From sequence record OL657228.1: 42,931 bases of DNA; one strand, given 5' to 3'. This document shows positions 21,582 to 30,471 of the stretch, piece by piece. Within the stretch, counting starts at the first letter, position 1. Every line of letters begins with the position of its first letter. The translations under genes were made by a program, and so were the position numbers. The DNA is from Escherichia phage 21. The notes under the pieces were generated by a model, which saw nothing but the letters and a program-made list of their open reading frames with translations, had not been told where the DNA came from and searched no databases.

Positions 21582-21875
21582 ATGGATATAAGCCCCTTAC
21601 TTCATGCGCTTTGTGCTGTGGCTGCGCAGATACTGGTTGGTCTTTTTACCGGAAACTGGGCTTACGGAGCGATAGCCGGTTGTACGTTCTTCATTGCGCG
21701 TGAACATACCCAGGCAGAATATCGCTGGATTGAAATGTTCGGGCATGGCAAGCGAATGAATATGCCGTGGTGGGGCGGTTTTGATCCGCGAGCTTGGGAT
21801 GTGGCAAGCCTGATGGATTTTGCTGTGCCGGTGGTGGCGTGTCTGCTGGTCTGGCTGTTGGTTAATCGTGGGTGA
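21582..21875 (+). CDS. hypothetical small membrane protein
   Basis: 97 aa with two hydrophobic segments (LLHALCAVAAQILVGLF and FAVPVVACLLVWLLV); SD-like GGAGG upstream; no family recognised. Confidence 0.45.
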   Translation: MDISPLLHALCAVAAQILVGLFTGNWAYGAIAGCTFFIAREHTQAEYRWIEMFGHGKRMNMPWWGGFDPRAWDVASLMDFAVPVVACLLVWLLVNRG

Positions 21876-21966
21876 AAAAAGGTGAGCTGTATATGCAACG
21901 GAGGAAGAAACCCCGTTGCTGGAAGCCAGGAAAAAGTATCGGGTGTTGCTGTCCTCGGATGTTGTG

Positions 21967-22824
21967 CTAATTGGGTGATAACAGATCCTGTGTATGGGAG
22001 TTTCCCTTTTTGCGTGCGTTGATGCTGGTAACGGCAAACGTCATGATGAACAAAACCGCGAATAAGACGACAATCGTCGGAGCTGGTGCGCTGTCGATAA
22101 AAAAGGACAACCAGACACCAGTCATTGACACTATTACCGATATGCCAGTCGCCAGTAGGAGCGCAATATGAAAGCGTTGTGTCAGGAGTACCGCAATGGC
22201 GCCAGGCGCAATGAGCAGAGAAATGGAGAGAATGATACCTACCGCTTTCAGCGTCGCCACAATGGTCAGAGAGACCATGCACAGCAGCCCATAATGCAGC
22301 CATCTCGTATGCAAACCGCTTACCTGCGCCTGTTGATAATCAAAGCTGAACAGCAAAAAATCCCGCCATTTTACGCTAATAACAAGTGTAACCAGCCCGG
22401 CAATAATCATCGTCTGGATTATATCGCCGATGGTTATCCCGAGCATGTCGCCGAAAAGAATATGGTCAAGATGTACGTCTGGTTTGACTGCAATATACAA
22501 GATCAGACCTGCGGCAAACATGCCAGAAAAAACAATCCCCATCACTGTATCTTGCTTGATTCGGCTGTTGTCTTTCAGGTATCCCGTCGCCACCGCGCAG
22601 AATACTCCGGCGACGAATGCCCCTGTAGCCAAAGGTAACCCCAGAATCCAGGCAAGCACGATTCCAGGAAAAACCGCATGACTCATCGCGTCACCCATCA
22701 GTGCCCAACCTTTCAGGACCAGAAAGACCGACAGCAGCGCACAGGGTATGGAAACTACCAGTGAAATCAGCAGTGCGTGACTCATAAAGGTGAACTGCAG
22801 TGGCTCCAGTAATAATGCCATCAT
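21967..22824 (-). CDS. sitD: Mn/Fe ABC transporter permease SitD
   Basis: 285 aa polytopic membrane protein, paralogous to the adjacent SitC and last gene of the four-gene minus-strand operon. Confidence 0.85.
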   Translation of the reverse strand: MMALLLEPLQFTFMSHALLISLVVSIPCALLSVFLVLKGWALMGDAMSHAVFPGIVLAWILGLPLATGAFVAGVFCAVATGYLKDNSRIKQDTVMGIVFSGMFAAGLILYIAVKPDVHLDHILFGDMLGITIGDIIQTMIIAGLVTLVISVKWRDFLLFSFDYQQAQVSGLHTRWLHYGLLCMVSLTIVATLKAVGIILSISLLIAPGAIAVLLTQRFHIALLLATGISVIVSMTGVWLSFFIDSAPAPTIVVLFAVLFIMTFAVTSINARKKGNSHTQDLLSPN

Positions 22825-23678
22825 GAGCGATCCTCCAGCGCCTTATGCGCACGCCGACGATTTGCCAAAAGCCCATGGGTGGGCGCAAAGACAAATGCTA
22901 AAAGAAACAGCAGTGTCTGCGCCACCACGATGATTCCACCTGTCGCGCCGTCCAGAAAGTAACTGACCCACGCGCCGAGGAAACTGGTCACACTGCCAAT
23001 AGTTACAGCAATCATGAGCAGGCGGGGAAAACGATCGGTTAACAACCATGCTGTTGCACCGGGAGTCACCACCAGACAGATCACCAGAAAGGCACCAACC
23101 GTTTGCAGCGCCGCAACGGTCGAAACCGACAGCAGGGTGAAGAAGATGAGTTTTAATCTGCCCGGATGCAATCCAATAGCACGGGCGTGATTCTCGTCGA
23201 AAAAGGTCACCATAAGATCTTTCCATTTGAAAAAAAGCACGATGATCGAGAGAATGCCAATGATAGTGAGTTGCAGGATATCCGCCGGATCGATTGCCAG
23301 AATATTGCCCAGGACGATGGTCTGAATGTTCACAGATGTCGGGTTCAATGACACCATAAACAGCCCCAGGCCAAAAAAGGACGAGAAGATCAGACCGATG
23401 ATGGCATCTTCTTTTAAGCGGGTGCGTTGGTTAAGAAACAGCATGCTGCCCGCAGCCAGTCCGCCGGAAAAGAAGGCTCCCAGAGAAAACGGAAGCCCCA
23501 GCATATATGCCCCCGCAACACCCGGGACAATAGAGTGCGACAACGCATCGCCAATCAGCGACCAGCCTTTTAGCATCAGATAGCATGACAGGAAAGCGCA
23601 GAGACCGCCGACCATCGCCGAGACCCACATCGCATTGAGCATATATTCATAGCTGAAGGGTTCCAGTAGCACGTTCAT
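22821..23678 (-). CDS. sitC: Mn/Fe ABC transporter permease SitC
   Basis: 285 aa polytopic membrane protein with ABC-3 permease character; overlaps sitB and sitD by 4 nt. Confidence 0.85.
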   Translation of the reverse strand: MNVLLEPFSYEYMLNAMWVSAMVGGLCAFLSCYLMLKGWSLIGDALSHSIVPGVAGAYMLGLPFSLGAFFSGGLAAGSMLFLNQRTRLKEDAIIGLIFSSFFGLGLFMVSLNPTSVNIQTIVLGNILAIDPADILQLTIIGILSIIVLFFKWKDLMVTFFDENHARAIGLHPGRLKLIFFTLLSVSTVAALQTVGAFLVICLVVTPGATAWLLTDRFPRLLMIAVTIGSVTSFLGAWVSYFLDGATGGIIVVAQTLLFLLAFVFAPTHGLLANRRRAHKALEDRS

Positions 23679-24502
23679 CTTTCTTCCCTCTGCACCGCTG
23701 ACGGTCGATGAGCCACAAAAGGGCGTTCATCGTCAGTAATAATGCTTTCTTCCGAGCCGTTAAGTGTGACATGGCGCAGTACGCCGCTAAAAGCCAGCTC
23801 TAGGTTCTCGGCTGTAAAAGTGGTGTCTGTCGGCCCGCTTGCCAGGACGGTGCCTTTGACCATGACCGTATAATCGCAAAATGTCGTGACGGATCCGAGA
23901 TTGTGTGTTGAGACAAGCATCGTTTTGCCTTCCGCGCGTAACTCCCTCAACAGGCTGATGATTTTGGCTTCGGTTTTCACATCAACGCCAGTAAAAGGTT
24001 CATCCAGCAGGATCACATCACCCTGCTGTGCAATCGCTCTCGCCAGAAAGACGCGTTTCTTTTGTCCACCGGAAAGCTCGCCGATTTGTCGATGGCGAAA
24101 ATTCACCATATCGACACGTTCCAGCGCATCGGTGACAATTTGACGATCCCTCTTTTTGGCGATACGCAACATACCCATATGCCCATAGCGGCCCATCATC
24201 ACCACATCTTCCACCAGTACAGGAAATGACCAGTCAACATCTTCTGACTGAGGGACGTAGGCAACCAGGTTTTTCTGTAACGCCTGTCGCGTGGGAATAC
24301 CCAGAACAGATATCTTTCCGCTGGTCAGACGCACAAATCCCATAATCGCTTTAAACAACGTCGATTTTCCGGAACCGTTTACCCCAACCAGAGCGGCAAT
24401 AGATCCACTTGGTACTGTGAAGGATGCATCGCGCAGTGCTGTGTGCCCGTTACGCCAGGTGACAGTAACATCATTAACGACAATGCCTGCAGATTGCATC
24501 AT
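23675..24502 (-). CDS. sitB: Mn/Fe ABC transporter ATP-binding protein SitB
   Basis: Walker [13 protein letters not shown] signature LSGGQKKRV, Walker B ILLDEP. Confidence 0.9.
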   Translation of the reverse strand: MMQSAGIVVNDVTVTWRNGHTALRDASFTVPSGSIAALVGVNGSGKSTLFKAIMGFVRLTSGKISVLGIPTRQALQKNLVAYVPQSEDVDWSFPVLVEDVVMMGRYGHMGMLRIAKKRDRQIVTDALERVDMVNFRHRQIGELSGGQKKRVFLARAIAQQGDVILLDEPFTGVDVKTEAKIISLLRELRAEGKTMLVSTHNLGSVTTFCDYTVMVKGTVLASGPTDTTFTAENLELAFSGVLRHVTLNGSEESIITDDERPFVAHRPSAVQREER

Positions 24503-25416
24503 TATTTCTCCCTTTTCCCAGCTTTAATTCCCTGTACCAGCGTACTGGTAGTAACCTTAAGAAGGTCGATATACGTCGGTACCGGGCCGTTTTCTGTGCT
24601 CAGGGAATCGACATAGAGCACACCGCCGTAGTGTGCGCCGGTTTCACGCGCAACCTGACGCGCTGGTTTATCGGAAATCGTACTCTCGCTAAAGACTGCC
24701 GGGATATGATTTTTCTTAACTATATCAACAACCTTACGTACCTGCTGCGGTGTTCCTTGTTGATCGGCATTAATCGGCCACAGATAAAGCTCTTTTAGCC
24801 CCAAATCGCGTGCGAGATAAGAAAAAGCCCCTTCACTGGTGACCATCCATCGCTGATTCTCAGGGAGTTCCGTAATCTGCTTACGCAGGGGGGCAAGGGT
24901 TTGGGTAATCTTGGCTTTATAAGTATCGGCATTGCGTTGGTAGGTTTGTGCATTTGCCGGATCGTATTTTATCAACGCATCACGAATATTATCGACGTAA
25001 ATCAGAGCATTATCTGGCGACATCCATGCATGGGGGTTAGGTTTGCCCTCATAGGGTCCTTCGGTGATCCCTACAGGCGTCACACCCGAAGAGACAATTA
25101 CTTCTGGAACCCCATTGAGATGCTGGTAAAAGCGTTGGAACCACAATTCCAGATTCATACCATTGGCGAGAATCAGTTGTGCCCCCTGCGCACGTTTAAT
25201 ATCGCCAGGGGTAGGCTGATACTCATGAATTTCTGCACCAGGCCTGGTTATGGATGAGACTTCTGCAGCATCTCCCGCCACGTTTTTGGCCATATCCGCG
25301 ATGATGGTAAATGTTGTAATGACCTTGAATTTTTCAGTTGCACTTGCCTGAAATGCGATCGAGCAGGTGAGTGCGAGGCCCCCCAAGAGCATGGTTACTT
25401 TTTTTATTGAGTGCAT
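24502..25416 (-). CDS. sitA: periplasmic Mn/Fe-binding protein SitA
   Basis: 304 aa with N-terminal signal peptide ([26 protein letters not shown]); first gene of the operon; resembles cluster A-I metal-binding proteins. Confidence 0.88.
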   Translation of the reverse strand: MHSIKKVTMLLGGLALTCSIAFQASATEKFKVITTFTIIADMAKNVAGDAAEVSSITRPGAEIHEYQPTPGDIKRAQGAQLILANGMNLELWFQRFYQHLNGVPEVIVSSGVTPVGITEGPYEGKPNPHAWMSPDNALIYVDNIRDALIKYDPANAQTYQRNADTYKAKITQTLAPLRKQITELPENQRWMVTSEGAFSYLARDLGLKELYLWPINADQQGTPQQVRKVVDIVKKNHIPAVFSESTISDKPARQVARETGAHYGGVLYVDSLSTENGPVPTYIDLLKVTTSTLVQGIKAGKREK

Positions 25417-25448
25417 AATTTAGTACCTATAGTGAGCAAAATTAGAAC

Positions 25449-25470
25449 AAACATAGCAACGGCTATGTTT
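25449..25470. promoter_or_regulatory. candidate MntR box upstream of sitA
   Basis: Perfect inverted repeat AAACATAGC-aacg-GCTATGTTT about 35 bp upstream of the sitA start, matching the MntR operator as I recall it (approximate coordinates). Confidence 0.7.
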
Positions 25471-25492
25471 TATAGCACAACCTATACAAAAT

Positions 25493-25511
25493 GAAAATGA
25501 TTATCATTAGC
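25493..25511. promoter_or_regulatory. candidate Fur box upstream of sitA
   Basis: GAAAATGATTATCATTAGC resembles the Fur consensus GATAATGATAATCATTATC; adjacent to the MntR box (approximate coordinates). Confidence 0.65.
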
Positions 25512-25699
25512 AACTTTGAGGCCCAAAACAGGGATTAGGTTGTTTCCTGCTGGCGACGTGTTATTGAGGAAAAAAGTAAGGCAGCTAGTAGGCTTTGAAA
25601 TAACGTTCTGCGGTTGGCTGATGCAATTTCGAGAGTGCATGTATTGAATGATTTCTAGCCGTTACTGATTTTCGTATTTTTTGCATGAGATGATTTGCA

Positions 25700-25990
25700 C
25701 CTCCCCCCACCGAGCCTCCATGACTTTACTCCACTGTCTCTAGGGCTGCTGTGTGCCAGGAGCGGAAGCAGGGGGGCCAGAGACTCCTTAAAAGTTGATA
25801 GCTCGTTTTGCAGGGAGACTTACACGGTAAGCGTTATTCCGAAGAGCTTAAAATTGAAGCAGTCAAACGGGTTGTTGAGCGTGTTTATGCGCTGCCATCT
25901 GATTAATCGACGGAAGCAGTTCCGTTTGGTCTATGATGCAGTTGTCCGGCAGGCGCTCTGTGACGCAAAAGAACGATAGGAGTAGCATTG
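25700..25990 (+). mobile_element. probable IS3-family insertion sequence remnant (orfA N-terminal fragment, disrupted)
   Basis: A short frame translating to ...GKRYSEELKIEAVKRVVER resembles IS3-family OrfA HTH N-termini but has no start and is bounded by stop codons; no intact transposase follows. Confidence 0.4.
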
Positions 25991-26114
25991 AAGTGAACGA
26001 GGTTATGCTTGTCTTATATTATCCTCTATTTTAAAAACATCAGCTGGTTGTGTAAGAGTTTTTATTGTTTTATCTTGTTGACTTTGCTTTTATGAAAACA
26101 GAGTGATTGATACA

Positions 26115-26873
26115 ATGAAAACCTTAAGTGGGAAAGAGTTTAGGAAATTATTTAATCGTTATGAGACAGGATTCTATCTAAGTGAGTTTGAATACTTAAA
26201 GGACTTTGATCCTTTGTTTCCTGAATGCGTAGGGAAAGAATTAAAGTTGGGTTATAAACGAAAAGTTGATGTATGGTGCGAAGAGGATGCTGCGCTATAT
26301 GCAGAATTTATAGCTACAAAAGAAAGGCTGAAAAGAGGCCGGTTAATCCTAAAAATAAACCAAGTGTGGTCGCGTGTATATCCTGCTTATATTTATGCAA
26401 TTGAAGAAAGAATAAATGTCAGGGCAAAGGGGAGAGAGTCATTTAAGTATGAAACTGTGCAAGAAAAACAATGTAAACTTTCCATAATGTTAGATGGTCT
26501 GAAAGACCTTGAATGTGAAATAGCTATGATTTCAAGTGAGTTTGAAATTGAAAAACACTCTATGCACTATTTTTATATGATTTTTGATATTGAACGCTAT
26601 ATAAATGACTGCAGTTACTTTGTTTTTTCTGCTGCTAAAGTTGTTAAAGGCGTGATTCAATGCATTGGTTACATTGACAAAAATAACAAAGCAAGTTGCG
26701 ATGAATTTTATTCAGGCAGCTATGAATGCTTGGATGATGATCAGGAAACACTGAACTATTTAAATGAATCATGCGCAGAGGGTATAGACGCTGATAAAGA
26801 TCTCATCAGGAAGAATGAGTTATTAGCCTTATCCCTGAAGGAATTGTATCAACTTCTCGTTTCAAAAAAATAA
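26115..26873 (+). CDS. hypothetical protein, AT-rich orphan cargo gene (no recognisable family)
   Basis: ORF track 26103..26873; probable ATG at 26115 (MKTLSGKEF). Visibly AT-rich, Lys/Glu-rich with 9 Cys; TTGACT -35-like hexamer about 30 bp upstream; lies between the IS remnant and attP. Confidence 0.6.
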   Translation: MKTLSGKEFRKLFNRYETGFYLSEFEYLKDFDPLFPECVGKELKLGYKRKVDVWCEEDAALYAEFIATKERLKRGRLILKINQVWSRVYPAYIYAIEERINVRAKGRESFKYETVQEKQCKLSIMLDGLKDLECEIAMISSEFEIEKHSMHYFYMIFDIERYINDCSYFVFSAAKVVKGVIQCIGYIDKNNKASCDEFYSGSYECLDDDQETLNYLNESCAEGIDADKDLIRKNELLALSLKELYQLLVSKK

Positions 26874-27203
26874 CAAGTAATACGGCGAGCGATATGACGT
26901 GCCATGGGATATCCGCACCCAGCAGCATGTTGTCTCCACGATGTCCGCAGTTCGCTCATAATAGACATTCACTACAGTTATAGTAGAAGGTATGCATGCT
27001 GCTGAGTGGGGAAAGTGTGAAAGAAAAGAAGACAGCTGCTTTGTTTGTCGTCACGTTTATCTTCATTGGCTATGCAAGTCGTAATACAAGGCGGGACAAA
27101 ACTGAGACACATAAGGCCTCGCAATGGCTTGCAAGGCCACACATGTATTGAGATGTTAATAAAATGTAGACTTGTAATTTTGATATAAATGGTAGAGAAA
27201 ATC

Positions 27204-27214
27204 TTTCCCCAAAA
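27204..27214 (+). repeat. arm-type integrase binding site (P arm), TTTCCCCAAAA
   Basis: Same motif as the three tandem copies at 27565..27600 (approximate coordinates). Confidence 0.6.
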
Positions 27215-27332
27215 TAAAAACGAACGTCAATGAAATCAAACGGTTGAATAAAGTTGATTTTGGCTAATACAAAGACAAGAAAATAATATTTATGATTAAA
27301 TATCAGCGAGTTGAATACATAATTTTTATATA

Positions 27333-27497
27333 CTGCTGCGCCATATGGGCTGGACTGAAGCCGCAGACCTGATTGTTAAAGGTATGGAAGGCGCAATCAA
27401 CGCCAAGACCGTAACCTATGACTTCGAACGTCTGATGGAAGGCGCTAAACTGCTGAAATGCAGCGAGTTTGGTGACGCGATCATCAAAAATATGTAA
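27333..27497 (+). other. icd': phage-borne icd 3' end (replacement C-terminus of isocitrate dehydrogenase)
   Basis: In-frame translation ...[54 protein letters not shown] is the Icd C-terminus with a few substitutions, followed by a hairpin terminator (ACGGGCGT...ACGCCCGT, about 27520..27545). Confidence 0.85.
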
Positions 27498-27564
27498 TTA
27501 CCACATGTGTTAAATATTATAACGGGCGTATAACACGCCCGTTGTTTTATGATGATGTAAAATC

Positions 27565-27600
27565 TTCCCCAAAACTTTCCCCAAAACCCTTCCCCAAAAC
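27565..27600 (+). repeat. three tandem arm-type integrase binding sites (P' arm), consensus YTTCCCCAAAAC
   Basis: cttccccaaaac / tttccccaaaac / cttccccaaaac in direct tandem just inside the int 3' end (approximate coordinates). Confidence 0.7.
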
Positions 27601-27610
27601 TGGCTATTTT

Positions 27611-28753
27611 CTATGCTGTTTTGATATCTACGATAATCCAGTCTTTACCACGATCATCATTGTATCGGTCGGTCATTTTTCTGGATTTATGGCCTAACAA
27701 CTTTTGCGTATCCAGACCCTGTTCCCGATATAATCGTTCTGACAGAGATCGCTGTTCATGAAATGTGGGCGCAGTTCCTTGCTCCCATTTTATGCCACAT
27801 TTTTCCTTGGCCTTTTTAAAAGCCGTTGTCAGAGTATTTGCAGAAACCTGGTCTCCTCTGTTTGCTTGAGAGGTAGTGTGACGGTAATGGACCAGATATT
27901 TACTAACAACAGCATCCCTGCACTGAGATATAACTTCACGAAGGGTAATATTCAGAGCATCGCATTTCAGGTTAAGCGGAATAGCAAGTTTTGAACCGGT
28001 TTTTTCCTGAGTAATGTGCAACATGTCGTCCCATATATCAGAGAATTTCAAATTGCAGATATCGCCTAAACGTTGTCCAGTAACAAGAGCAAGTAGCATG
28101 CCGCATTTTAAATAGGGCTGCCGTCTGCTTACGCTTTCAAATATTGCCTGCCATTCGAGCAGTGACAATCTTTGGCGGTTTACTCGATTTCGCGGTTGTT
28201 TTGTTGCCTGCGCTGGGTTAAATCCTGGCGGAACATGTCCTGCGTGTTGTGCTTCTTTGAAGACGTCGATCAACACCATTCTCACGACTTGCGCCATCCT
28301 GTTATGACCTTCAGCCTTTACAGCATCAATTATTTCGGCAATATCAAGTGCGGTAATATCCTTGAGGTGTTGCATTCCACAATGCTCACGGAAAAGACGA
28401 ATGGGTTTGCCTTTTTGCCGATAGGAGTTGGGTCTTAGTTCATTATGTTGCAGCCTGTCCTCCTGGATAGAAATATATTTATCAAGCCATTCTGTCACCG
28501 TAATGTCTGAGCGCCTGCCTTTCATTCTTTCCAGACGCTCATTGACGCTTAATATTTGTCTGGTACGTTGTTCAGCAATAATGGTATTTGCTTCAGTAGC
28601 AACTTGTTTTGCTTCATTCTCATCAGTTCCTAAGCTATGAAAACGACCGGATAGTGGATGTTTGTATTGCCAATATACCTTTCCGGTTCGCTTATCTAAT
28701 TTGCAATATAAATTGGGTATAGAGATTTTGTGAGATCGGGGTCTAGCAGCCAT
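27611..28753 (-). CDS. int: tyrosine integrase (lambda-type, icd-targeting)
   Basis: 380 aa; N-terminal arm-binding-like domain, C-terminal catalytic region with ...HEQRSLSERLY...LLGHKSRKMTDRY (R..H..R..Y); adjacent to attP and xis. Confidence 0.92.
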   Translation of the reverse strand: MAARPRSHKISIPNLYCKLDKRTGKVYWQYKHPLSGRFHSLGTDENEAKQVATEANTIIAEQRTRQILSVNERLERMKGRRSDITVTEWLDKYISIQEDRLQHNELRPNSYRQKGKPIRLFREHCGMQHLKDITALDIAEIIDAVKAEGHNRMAQVVRMVLIDVFKEAQHAGHVPPGFNPAQATKQPRNRVNRQRLSLLEWQAIFESVSRRQPYLKCGMLLALVTGQRLGDICNLKFSDIWDDMLHITQEKTGSKLAIPLNLKCDALNITLREVISQCRDAVVSKYLVHYRHTTSQANRGDQVSANTLTTAFKKAKEKCGIKWEQGTAPTFHEQRSLSERLYREQGLDTQKLLGHKSRKMTDRYNDDRGKDWIIVDIKTA

Positions 28754-28979
28754 CAGCGATTATCCGTTGGAGTTTTGGGTTTGCGTTTATTGGGAGTTGC
28801 GGTTCTGCAAGCGTTCCTACAAAACGGGAATTTCGGTCAATCATCCAGTAGCGACCAACTTTTATAGCGGGTGGGGCCATCATTTTCCCTTGCGCGTATT
28901 TTTTCAGAACTCGCTCACTTGGTGCTAAGTCCCCAAATTCTTCTTTAGCCCAGTCCTGTAAAGTGATTAGTCGAGACAT
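28743..28979 (-). CDS. xis: excisionase
   Basis: 78 aa immediately upstream of and overlapping int; winged-helix-like (LITLQDWAKEEFG...IKVGRYWMI). Confidence 0.8.
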   Translation of the reverse strand: MSRLITLQDWAKEEFGDLAPSERVLKKYAQGKMMAPPAIKVGRYWMIDRNSRFVGTLAEPQLPINANPKLQRIIADGC

Positions 28980-29118
28980 TTGTCCTCCTCTTAGCTGCTG
29001 AGGGAGTTTGTGACCGATATATCTGACATGATATTAAGCTCATGGCAGGTACATCTCTTGACTGGTCATAGAGATAAATTTAATGCTGAAAAATGCAGTA
29101 TTGAATTTATCAATTTTT

Positions 29119-29358
29119 CTATTTCCTGCGTATGGCGCGTAACTTCTTAATGTGTTCTGCTGTATCGATCTCTTCGGCTATCCGCTCTGATTCCACTTTA
29201 CTAACAGGTTCAAAGTCATGATTAAAGCGGAACATGCTGGCGATACATGTTCTGCCTTTTCGGATGTAGTGAACTTTGTTGTGGGTAGAACGCAGGATTT
29301 TGCAGGGAGTGCCGTGGTGGTCGACGTACCAGGTGTTAGGGTAAATCACTCTGAACAT
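29119..29358 (-). CDS. hypothetical protein (early-left accessory region)
   Basis: 79 aa ORF in the int-xis-proximal variable region, co-oriented with the pL operon; no family recognised. Confidence 0.4.
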   Translation of the reverse strand: MFRVIYPNTWYVDHHGTPCKILRSTHNKVHYIRKGRTCIASMFRFNHDFEPVSKVESERIAEEIDTAEHIKKLRAIRRK

Positions 29359-29671
29359 TCTTGACCTTGTGTTGTGCGGATTGATATTCAGTGCTGATAT
29401 TCACCTTTATAGCGAACACCTTTACCGGTTTATCGCCAAAGTGCGGATGTGTGATTGTCTTCACTTCATATCCGTCATACGGAACATCAATTCTGCGACT
29501 GGAATCGTCGCGCTTCGGATATCCCTTTGTGATAATCAGGCGGTCATATTCCCGGAACATAATTCGCTTATTCCAGTAGTCATTACACAAGCGATACTCT
29601 TCTGTTTTCTCTCCGCGAATCATGGCATCGAAGTATTCACTTTTAACAGCAAGTTGCAGGTTAGCCATCAC
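29336..29671 (-). CDS. hypothetical protein, possible ASCH/PUA-like domain
   Basis: 111 aa; SEYFDAMIRGEKTEEYR resembles the ASCH-domain N-terminal motif; weak assignment from memory. Confidence 0.4.
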   Translation of the reverse strand: MMANLQLAVKSEYFDAMIRGEKTEEYRLCNDYWNKRIMFREYDRLIITKGYPKRDDSSRRIDVPYDGYEVKTITHPHFGDKPVKVFAIKVNISTEYQSAQHKVKNVQSDLP

Positions 29672-29889
29672 TTAATCCCCCTTTGTTTGCGGATAAGCTC
29701 CAGATCTTGCTGGCAACTGGCGCAAGTACGACAACCCTGAACGGCCAGTCGTCTTCGTTCATCTATCGGATCGCCACACTCACAACAATGAGTGGCAGAT
29801 ACAGCCAGGTAGTTCAGGCGGCGCATTTTTATTGCTGTGTTGCGCTGTAATTCTTCTATTTCTGATGCTGAATCAATGATGTCTGCCAT
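29668..29889 (-). CDS. TraR/DksA-family C4 zinc-finger protein
   Basis: 73 aa with CxxC-x17-CxxC (CCECGDPIDERRRLAVQGCRTCASC), typical of phage TraR-like proteins. Confidence 0.65.
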   Translation of the reverse strand: MADIIDSASEIEELQRNTAIKMRRLNYLAVSATHCCECGDPIDERRRLAVQGCRTCASCQQDLELIRKQRGIK

Positions 29890-29987
29890 CTTTCATTAAT
29901 CCCTGAACTGTTGGTTAATACGCTTGAGGGCGAATGCGAATAATAAAAAAGGAGCCTGTAGCTCCATGATGATTTTGTTTTTCATGT

Positions 29988-30269
29988 TCACCGTTCCTTA
30001 AAGACGCCGTTTAACATGCCGATCGCCAGGCTTAAATGAGTCGGTGTGAATCCCATCAGCGTTACCGTTTCGCGGTGCTTCTTCAGTACGCTACGGCAAA
30101 TGTCATCGACGTTTTTATCCGGAAACTGCTGTCTGGCTTTTTTGATTTCATAATTAGCCTGACGGGCAATACTGCGAAGGGCGTTTTCTTGCTGAGGTGT
30201 CATTGAACAAGTCCCATGTCGGCAAGCATAAGCACACAGAATATGAAGCCCGCTGCCAGAAAAATGCAT
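29988..30269 (-). CDS. hypothetical protein
   Basis: 93 aa ORF; ATG directly follows the upstream gene's stop codon (possible coupling); start may instead be the internal Met (MTPQQ...). Confidence 0.4.
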   Translation of the reverse strand: MHFSGSGLHILCAYACRHGTCSMTPQQENALRSIARQANYEIKKARQQFPDKNVDDICRSVLKKHRETVTLMGFTPTHLSLAIGMLNGVFKER

Positions 30270-30279
30270 TCAGTGGTTG

Positions 30280-30471
30280 TCATACTTGGTCTCTCTCATC
30301 TGCTTCTGCTTTCGCCACCATCATTTCCAGCTTTTGTGAAAGGGATGTGGCTAACGTATGAAACTCTTCGTCTGTTTCTGCTGGTATTGGCACAAACCTG
30401 GCTCCAATTTGAGCAAGGCTATGTGCCATCTCAATGCTCGTTTTTAACTCAACAGGAGATGCTTTGTGCAT
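30280..30471 (-). CDS. hypothetical small protein
   Basis: 63 aa ORF in the operon between exo and xis; no family recognised. Confidence 0.4.
   Translation of the reverse strand: MHKASPVELKTSIEMAHSLAQIGARFVPIPAETDEEFHTLATSLSQKLEMMVAKAEADERDQV

Larger units (their letters stand above)
27190..27610. other. attP: attP region: arm-type Int-binding repeats flanking a phage-borne copy of the icd 3' end
   Basis: Four copies of TTCCCCAAAA(C) (one near 27204, three tandem at 27565..27600) flank a segment encoding the C-terminus of isocitrate dehydrogenase; int lies immediately to the right. Confidence 0.8.

Noticed and set aside
25695-25979. 94-aa plus-strand ORF in the IS-remnant region
   Set aside because: The only recognisable similarity (IS3 OrfA-like) is in a different frame and is interrupted; the ORF itself is low-complexity and likely not a gene.
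27565-27600. Tandem short repeats considered as a possible CRISPR-like or iteron array
   Set aside because: Only 3-4 copies of an 11-12 bp motif with no spacers of regular length; location abutting int and flanking the icd' core fits arm-type Int binding sites.
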